From positions 1 to 5,155 of the forward strand of contig NW_021830138.1 in NCBI RefSeq assembly GCF_006345805.1: 5,155 nucleotides of DNA, in the 5' to 3' direction. The notes beneath the pieces were generated by a model that saw nothing but the letters and a program-made list of their open reading frames with translations, did not search any database and was not told the DNA's origin. The number at the start of each line of letters is the position of its first letter. Position 1 is the stretch's first letter. Positions 1 through 5,155 of the stretch are shown piece by piece. The position numbers and the translations under genes were made by a program. This stretch comes from Octopus sinensis (Eukaryota).

Positions 1-130
1 ACCACCCACCACACCCCATCCAACCACCACCAAAAACAACCTATCAACAATGTATAATAATAATAATAATAATAATATTAACAGCAATAATAGAAACAAT
101 AGTAAAAACATAAACAACCGTAGTAAATAT
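1..130. repeat. Low-complexity (CCA)/(CAA)-rich tract with (AAT)n microsatellite at about 55-77
   Basis: accacccaccacaccccatccaaccaccacc followed by taataataataataat. Confidence 0.85.
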
Positions 131-278
131 AAAATATGGAAGCTGTAGCTATGAGAATACCACCCACCGTACTCATGAAAAATCGTATTATTGATGATTT
201 CTTTGTTTGTTGTTGTTGTGATGTTGTTGTGTGTTTTGTTTTTCATGACAGTTGTGTTGTGTTTTTGCTGAGTTTACC

Positions 279-285
<7 letters not shown>

Positions 286-346
<61 letters not shown>

Positions 347-412
347 CTATATCTATATATATATATATAGATACATATATACATATATATAGTGTGTATA
401 TATATGTATATA

Positions 413-445
<33 letters not shown>

Positions 446-546
446 CTTATATATACATATATATACATATATATATGTATATATAAGTATATCTATGTAT
501 ATATATATATATATATATACATATAATATATATATATATGTATATG

Positions 547-589
<43 letters not shown>

Positions 590-610
590 TAATATATATA
601 TATATATATA
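286..610. repeat. Long imperfect (TA)n microsatellite
   Basis: About 325 bp of TA dinucleotide with scattered C/G interruptions. Confidence 0.97.
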
Positions 611-675
611 GCTGTAGGTACAGTGAGAAAATTATAGCTGCAAACCCATTAATCTTCATTTAATTATTTCCGATA

Positions 676-830
676 ACTTTCGTCTTCTCCTTCGCCATCC
701 CCACCCGCGCCCCTTCCACAGCCCATCTTCCCTCTTCACCTCCTCCATCTATGTCTCTTCCACTCGTATCTCCTACTCACCGTCTTCAACCCCGCCACCG
801 CCATCCACCGTTCACTCACTCACTCCTCCA
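676..830. repeat. Pyrimidine/C-rich low-complexity tract (degenerate CCN/TCN triplets)
   Basis: cttcgtcttctccttcgccatccccacccgcgccccttcc...cactcactcactcctcc; strong strand asymmetry (G/A-rich on minus). Confidence 0.75.
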
Positions 831-926
831 AATATCTAAACTCTTATTAAATTGTCATTTCTGCTTTCATATCTGCGATAGGCAATATGTATCACAATGT
901 TCTGCGTGTTTGAATACTTGAGTGAT

Positions 927-1023
927 ACACACACAAAACACAACACACGCGCTAGCACACACACACACACACACACACATACACACACACGCACACACAT
1001 AAAAACACACATATACATACACA
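927..1023. repeat. Imperfect (CA)n microsatellite
   Basis: acacacacacacacacacacacacatacacacacacgcacacac. Confidence 0.92.
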
Positions 1024-1281
1024 TATAGCTATAACTATATCCTCAATATAAAAATGCATACATATGCATAATGTGTGTGTGTTTGGTGTTGCAAGCAGGA
1101 AAAATAAAACTTAAAAAACTGAGTGTATATCCTTCTTCTTCATATTTCGCAGAAGCAACAGAGTGACACAAAGGATGAGAGTTTCATGTGTCAGCACATA
1201 CGTTTGAGAAGTATAAACCCACGGAACTCTCAGCCCTTCAGTCACTCTGTCGTTTATGCTAAATATCAGCAATATTCTATA

Positions 1282-1293
1282 CATGTATATATA

Positions 1294-1331
<38 letters not shown>

Positions 1332-1337
1332 TATATA
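1282..1337. repeat. (TA)n microsatellite
   Basis: Direct sequence; abuts the 5' end of the SINE. Confidence 0.93.
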
Positions 1338-1338
1338 C

Positions 1339-1491
1339 GGCGCAGTGAGTAGTGGGTGTGTGATAGGGAGCTTGCTTACCAACCACATGGTTCCGGGTTC
1401 AGTCTCACTGTGTGGCACCTTGGGCAAGTGCCTTGTACTAAACCTCAGGCCGACCAAAGCCTTTTTGACTGCATTTGGTAGACGCCCGTCG
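1339..1491 (+). mobile_element. tRNA-derived SINE, 5' part (Pol III head plus central domain), Octopus OR/OK-type
   Basis: Degenerate A-box TGGGTGTGTGA (1353-1363), B-box GGTTCAGTCTC (1396-1406), then CCTTGGGCAAGT (1418-1429), which resembles the start of the CORE/MIR-type domain. Ends at cccgtcg, running into (TA)n. Family assignment is from recollection. Confidence 0.8.

Positions 1492-1552
<61 letters not shown>
1492..1552. repeat. (TA)n microsatellite inside the SINE
   Basis: Direct sequence. Confidence 0.95.
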
Positions 1553-1556
<4 letters not shown>

Positions 1557-1703
1557 GAATTTACGGAAACAAAAGACGAAGACGGGAGTGTAAACAACAA
1601 ACAAATATATTGTTTAACGCTCAGGAAATAAGAAAGTCTTTCACGTTTCGAGCCTACGCTCTTTAATAGAAACGAACACAGAAATAAACAGACAGAGAAA
1701 ATA
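1553..1703 (-). mobile_element. Short interspersed repeat fragment nested in the SINE's internal microsatellite; carries a hairpin + GAAAC motif
   Basis: About 150 bp of complex sequence flanked by (TA)n on both sides. Minus strand reads UAAAGAGC-GUAG-GCUC-GAAACGUG (1642-1666). Orientation inferred from that motif. Confidence 0.55.
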
Positions 1704-1764
<61 letters not shown>

Positions 1765-1820
1765 TGTGTTGTGTGTGTGTGTGCGTGCGTGTGCGTGCGT
1801 GTGAGTGCGTGTATGTGTAT
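1704..1820. repeat. Compound (TA)n-(TG)n-(TGCG)n microsatellite
   Basis: Direct sequence. Confidence 0.95.
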
Positions 1821-1998
1821 TGTGTTTGTATCCCCACCATTGCTTGACAATCGATATTGTGTGTGTTTACATCCCCGTAACTTAGCGGTTATATATAATT
1901 AGAGTCATTAGAACAAGCACTAGGTTACAAAGAATAAGCTCTCCAGCATGGCCACCGTCAGATGACTGAAAACAAATAATAGAATAAAAGAATAAAAG
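1821..1998 (+). mobile_element. 3' part of the same tRNA-derived SINE, ending in a short (AGAATAAA)-type repeat tail
   Basis: ccccaccattgcttgacaatcgat...ccccgtaacttagcggtt...ctccagcatggccaccgtcagatgactgaaaac, then agaataaaagaataaaag (1981-1998). Linkage to 1339-1491 rests on recollection of the consensus. Confidence 0.7.
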
Positions 1999-2000
1999 TG

Positions 2001-2003
<3 letters not shown>

Positions 2004-2044
<41 letters not shown>
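2004..2044. repeat. (TA)n microsatellite
   Basis: Direct sequence. Confidence 0.95.
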
Positions 2045-2046
<2 letters not shown>

Positions 2047-2352
2047 CATGACAGATGTAAATAGAAATACCATAAAACATTTTATATTTCTAATTGGAAA
2101 GCTGAATTCGACTTTTTCTTATCTCTTTCAGGAGTCGTTAAGTACGAATCAAGTCCAGCACTAATATCGATGTGATCGTTCGGCAACGTCACCGCCGAAA
2201 TTGCTGTCAGACTAGGTATTCTCATCGTCTTGACTTTGGATTGGTCTTGCTCCTGGTAGATTTTATGTAGGTAGCGGCTTGCTACCTGTAGGCTCAGATA
2301 GCATTCTGTTCTCAACAAACCAACAAATGCTTAAAACCCTTCTAGTGGGCGA

Positions 2353-2354
<2 letters not shown>

Positions 2355-2416
<62 letters not shown>
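2355..2416. repeat. Perfect (TTA)n microsatellite, the (AAT)n tract following the minus-strand tRNA-like head
   Basis: About 20 perfect TTA units directly abutting caggtc at 2417. Confidence 0.97.
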
Positions 2417-2420
<4 letters not shown>

Positions 2421-2491
2421 TCACTGCCTGGAATCGAACTCGGAATCTTGGGTTTAGTAGTCCACACTCTTAACCACTACGCCCTATGCCC
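2417..2491 (-). mobile_element. tRNA-like Pol III SINE head, copy 1
   Basis: Minus strand: GGGCATAGGGCGTAGTGGTTAAGAGTGTGGACTACTAAACCCAAGATTCCGAGTTCGATTCCAGGCAGTGACCTG, then (AAT)n. A-box GGGCGTAGTGG (2474-2484) and B-box GTTCGATTCC (2430-2439) at tRNA-like spacing. Poor acceptor and anticodon stems, so not a functional tRNA. Confidence 0.85.
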
Positions 2492-2493
2492 AC

Positions 2494-2530
2494 GGGCATA
2501 TGGTGTAGTGGTTAAGACCTGAATAATAAT
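2494..2530 (+). mobile_element. Inverted, internally deleted partner copy of the tRNA-like head
   Basis: GGGCATATGGTGTAGTGGTTAAGA (start of head, A-box TGGTGTAGTGG) joined directly to CCTGAATAATAAT (end of head plus tract). The middle, including the B-box, is missing. Confidence 0.75.
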
Positions 2531-2643
2531 ATATTGACGAAGTAGAATAATTTAATATTGGGGCATATAAGCCCTCAACGGAAAAAGTGGGTTTACCCAA
2601 CGCATGAGACTTGAACTCACTCCTCTATATATTCGCGATAAGT
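2530..2643 (-). mobile_element. Fragment homologous to the interior of the MITE at 3145-3525
   Basis: Reverse complement of 2553-2643 aligns to 3324-3413 at about 70/91 by hand, including a perfect 17-mer ACTTATCGCGAATATAT (2627-2643 vs 3324-3340). The GTCAATA match extends it to about 2530. Confidence 0.8.
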
Positions 2644-2706
2644 TTGTTACTATATTATTTACATTACTTACAATGACGGATATTTGTCCTCATCTTGTTT
2701 GTTGTT

Positions 2707-2752
2707 CAAACAACATTTAGGCTGATATACCCTCCAGCCTTCATCAGGTGTC
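2707..2752 (-). ncRNA. Degenerate minimal type I hammerhead ribozyme motif (Penelope-like element style)
   Basis: Minus strand: stem I GACAC (2752-2748); exact core CUGAUGA (2747-2741); extra A; perfect 5-bp stem II GGCUG/CAGCC (2739-2735 / 2724-2720) with 10-nt loop; UAAA instead of GAAA; U; GUU triplet (2714-2712); GUUUG pairing 3/5 with stem I. Confidence 0.7.
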
Positions 2753-2802
2753 TTGGGGAAATTCCGAACCTGGGTTCTCATTCCTAAGGTATTTTTTGAA
2801 TG

Positions 2803-2803
<1 letters not shown>

Positions 2804-2843
<40 letters not shown>

Positions 2844-2913
2844 ATTATTATTATTATTATATGTTTTTTCTTTCTTTCTTCAAGTTTTCTTCCGTTTCTC
2901 GCCGAGTGTTTTC

Positions 2914-2965
<52 letters not shown>
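2804..2965. repeat. Two (TTA)n tracts (2804-2861, 2915-2965) separated by a 53-bp pyrimidine-rich spacer
   Basis: Direct sequence. Confidence 0.93.
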
Positions 2966-2969
<4 letters not shown>

Positions 2970-3144
2970 TCAACTCGGAATCTTGGAGTTAGTAGCCCGC
3001 GCTCTTAACCACTACACCATATGCCCGAGGGCACAATTCCTCATCTCTTAAATATAGAACTGAAATCTGCTACTATTCCACCAACGTACCCACTTGCTTC
3101 ATCCTGTTCCATTTAAGAAGCGTTGTTTTTTTAACCAAACAAGC

Positions 3145-3525
3145 ATGTGTGTTTTCTGCGATTATTTGAGAGGCAATGGCGAGTGATAATTCTGTAAATG
3201 ATTATACTATTTTATAAGCTTAAGGCAATGACTAAAGAAAATATTCTAATATTGGCACTAATGAAATTAGTTTTTAAATCTAAAGGGAAGCCGCAAATGG
3301 ATACGTTCGTGCACTCGTAGCACACTTATCGCGAATATATGGAGTTGTGGTTTCGAGTCCTATGCGTACAGAAAACCCATTTTTCTGTCGTGGACTCATA
3401 TGACTAAATATTACACTGGTTTCTTGAGTCAATACACGCTGATCGCTTATAAGATTTAAGCTTATAAAATATTTACAGAATTATCACTCGTCATTGAGTC
3501 TCAAATCACCGCAGAAAACGCATAT
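3145..3525. mobile_element. MITE / non-autonomous DNA transposon with about 70-bp terminal inverted repeats
   Basis: 3145-3223 vs reverse complement of 3456-3525: 63/70 identical plus a 9-nt insertion (3200-3208) in the left arm, e.g. GAGTGATAATTCTGTAAAT / ATTTACAGAATTATCACTC. No coding capacity. TSD unresolved because the right end runs into (TA)n. Confidence 0.85.
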
Positions 3526-3529
3526 ATAT

Positions 3530-3560
<31 letters not shown>

Positions 3561-3564
3561 ATAT
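3522..3564. repeat. (TA)n microsatellite
   Basis: Direct sequence. Confidence 0.93.
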
Positions 3565-3723
3565 AGTGTAATGTTGTTTTTATGTCTGGTTGTAATAAAA
3601 ACAATTTTGCATTAGGTTGAGGTATTGGTCTATAATTTTGTATAGACTCCGACGATGACTCAGCTGGCCGAAACTTGACGTCCTGCCAACAGTATTCTCG
3701 TTTAAGCATAATGTGTGTAAGTG
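3565..3723 (+). mobile_element. Short repeat fragment between TA tracts with an HHR-like motif
   Basis: CCGACGA-TG-ACTCAGCTGGC-CGAAAC-TTGAC-GTC at 3649-3682, and a 7-bp hairpin GTCTATA/TATAGAC (3628-3647). Confidence 0.45.
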
Positions 3724-3724
3724 T

Positions 3725-3810
<86 letters not shown>
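3724..3810. repeat. (TA)n microsatellite
   Basis: Direct sequence. Confidence 0.95.
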
Positions 3811-3811
<1 letters not shown>

Positions 3812-3812
<1 letters not shown>

Positions 3813-3993
3813 TGTGTGTGTCTAAGGAGAGTCATTTTCTTTTTGTGCCTTATAATTAACATACTCAGCGGTAAAATTCCACTTATTTTATTTCTATTTT
3901 TATGAAACAAATAAGAAATAAGTGGAAATTTTACCGGAGAGTGTGTTAAATTATAAGGCACAAAAAGAAAATGACTCTCCGCAGACACAACAG
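3812..3993. mobile_element. Foldback MITE, an almost entirely palindromic element of about 180 bp
   Basis: Perfect 32-bp inverted repeat GGAGAGTCATTTTCTTTTTGTGCCTTATAATT (3826-3857 vs 3949-3980). Imperfect pairing extends outward to CTGT.../...ACAG and inward through CGGTAAAATT(T)CCACTTATTT to a short AT-rich centre. Confidence 0.88.
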
Positions 3994-4033
3994 ATTATGC
4001 TTCAACACCACACGAACTCACATAATGAATCTT

Positions 4034-4053
4034 GCAAACCAAATCCAAAACGA

Positions 4054-4086
<33 letters not shown>

Positions 4087-4123
4087 GTATACACACATAC
4101 CACACAAACAACACACATACATA

Positions 4124-4159
<36 letters not shown>

Positions 4160-4182
4160 CATACATACATATATATATATAG
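4034..4182. repeat. Compound (TA)n/(CA)n microsatellite
   Basis: Direct sequence. Confidence 0.93.
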
Positions 4183-4342
4183 ATATAAATCTTTAGTATA
4201 TAAGCACACAAGCCTCTCTGCTCTTAATGATATTTCTAATTTATACTATTATATAATTCTGTATATGATCTTACCTAAATAGGTCTATTTTATACGCTGG
4301 CCACTGATAGCATTTTTAATGATTTTATTCTTTAATTATATA

Positions 4343-4361
4343 TGTGTGTGTGTGTGTGTGT
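4343..4361. repeat. (TG)n microsatellite
   Basis: Direct sequence. Confidence 0.9.
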
Positions 4362-4546
4362 AATTAGAAGGTAATGTAATAAAACATAACGGAGAATATA
4401 TTATGAACAATTAATAATTATTTATGAAAATATCAATGGCCAAATGTGTTATCATAAAATACATAGAAGGATGTTCCTAATTATCAACAAGTCACATTGA
4501 TAACTGGCTGCTATTTTTACATGCTAAAAATAGCAGCCAAAATCTC
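4361..4546 (+). repeat. Direct repeat, copy A
   Basis: TAATTAGAAGGTAATGTAATAAAACATAACGGAGAATATATTAT...AACAAGTCACA...TACATGCTAAAAATAGCAGCCAAAA is colinear with 4899-5075. Confidence 0.85.
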
Positions 4547-4898
4547 TATAAAGCCATTTTATCACTCATATTATTTCTCTTCACGATAAAAACTGTCTGC
4601 AGGTGACATGACAAATAGAATCCACAACTTGAAAATAACTGGTTGATTCCCTGTTGCAATTTCGACGTTAGGGACCTCTTAAGGGATCCATTAGTCTCGT
4701 CAGGGGAAATATTCCTAGAGACAGAAATCAAAACAAAACTTTACCTTGGGGATAACACGAATCCCAAACAGCAATAGGAATGTTTCAACCTCTGTCTACA
4801 CCTTCAAGTTTTGAATTCAAATGCCATGCACAGCGTTTATGTGAAAATAGCGGTAAATTCGAATCACGGCAAAATCAACGGATATGAATTATTAGAAA

Positions 4899-5075
4899 TA
4901 ATTAGAAAGTAATGTAATAAAACATTACGGAGGATATATTATCAATAATAAAGATTATTTATGAATATATCATAAAAAAATATAGAACAAGAGTGTTTAT
5001 AATTATGAACAAGTCACAATTAGAACTAAGAGGGTTTCTAAAACCCTTACATGTTTAGAAATAGCAGTCAAAACT
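4899..5075 (+). repeat. Direct repeat, copy B (offset 538 bp)
   Basis: TAATTAGAAAGTAATGTAATAAAACATTACGGAGGATATATTAT...AACAAGTCACA...TACATGTTTAGAAATAGCAGTCAAAA. Confidence 0.85.
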
Positions 5076-5093
5076 TGTTCATAATTACAAACG

Positions 5094-5155
5094 TTCTTCT
5101 TCTTCTTCTGCTTCTTCTTCTTCTTCTTCTTCTTCTTCTTCTTCTTCTTCTTCTT
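5094..5155. repeat. (CTT)n microsatellite running off the window end
   Basis: Near-perfect CTT repeat with one CTG interruption at about 5110. Confidence 0.97.

Larger units (their letters stand above)
2646..3026 (-). mobile_element. Composite retroelement: tRNA-like head (3026-2966), (AAT)n tracts, body with degenerate minimal hammerhead
   Basis: Head is colinear with copy 1 but lacks 14 nt (equivalent to 2424-2437), which removes the B-box. It is followed on minus by (AAT)n, then ...ACCTTAGGAATGAGAACCCAGG...GACAC-CTGATGA-AGGCTG-N10-CAGCC-TAAATGTT. Confidence 0.7.

Noticed and set aside
2269-2287. 7-bp hairpin AGGTAGC-ggctt-GCTACCT
   Set aside because: Short enough to arise by chance, with no supporting context.
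2417-2491. Functional tRNA gene with anticodon ACT (loop CTACTAA)
   Set aside because: Acceptor and anticodon stems pair poorly, it is followed by (AAT)n rather than a T-run terminator, and degenerate copies lie nearby. It is a SINE head.
2707-2752. Claim that this hammerhead copy is active
   Set aside because: GAAA is mutated to UAAA (G12 lost), stem I has 2 mismatches in 5, and the upstream head lacks its B-box.
2988-2994. TACTAAC branch-point consensus on the minus strand
   Set aside because: It is the anticodon-loop-like part of the repeat head and is altered in copy 1. No matching acceptor context was found.
2417-3026. CRISPR-like array or prokaryotic IS element
   Set aside because: No regular repeat-spacer periodicity, no cas or transposase ORFs, and the context is clearly eukaryotic.
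136-4211. ORFs rich in [22 protein letters not shown] or VCVC (e.g. 136-486, 1266-1604, 2753-2992, 2800-3051, 3506-3988)
   Set aside because: They are stop-free translations of microsatellites and repeats, with no domain-like sequence.
4546-4750. 61-aa minus ORF with an acceptor-like TTTCTGTCTCTAG and a nearby AAG|GTAAAG
   Set aside because: No recognisable protein similarity, the implied intron would be only about 30 nt, and it lies within the direct-repeat structure.

Overview
AT-rich, non-coding eukaryotic DNA made of long (TA)n, (CA/TG)n, (TTA)n and (CTT)n microsatellites with short interspersed repeats between them. No credible protein-coding gene: the listed ORFs are mostly YIYI, IIII, YYYY or THTH translations of microsatellites. 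From memory the repeat families resemble Octopus (coleoid cephalopod) repeats; this is recollection, not a database result. Supported elements: (1) a tRNA-derived SINE split by microsatellite (1339-1491 and 1821-1998) with another repeat nested inside; (2) tRNA-like Pol III heads with (AAT)n tracts on the minus strand (2417-2491, 2966-3026), each ending in a TGCCC-NN-GGGCA palindrome; (3) a degenerate minimal hammerhead ribozyme (HHR) motif (2707-2752, minus) downstream of the second head, plus two weaker HHR-like motifs (1642-1666 minus, 3644-3687 plus); (4) two MITE/foldback elements (3145-3525, 3812-3993); (5) a diverged direct repeat of about 180 bp (4361-4546 and 4899-5075). The best lead is a composite tRNA-head + (AAT)n + hammerhead retroelement, possibly mobilised by Penelope-like elements. 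The copy here looks catalytically dead.
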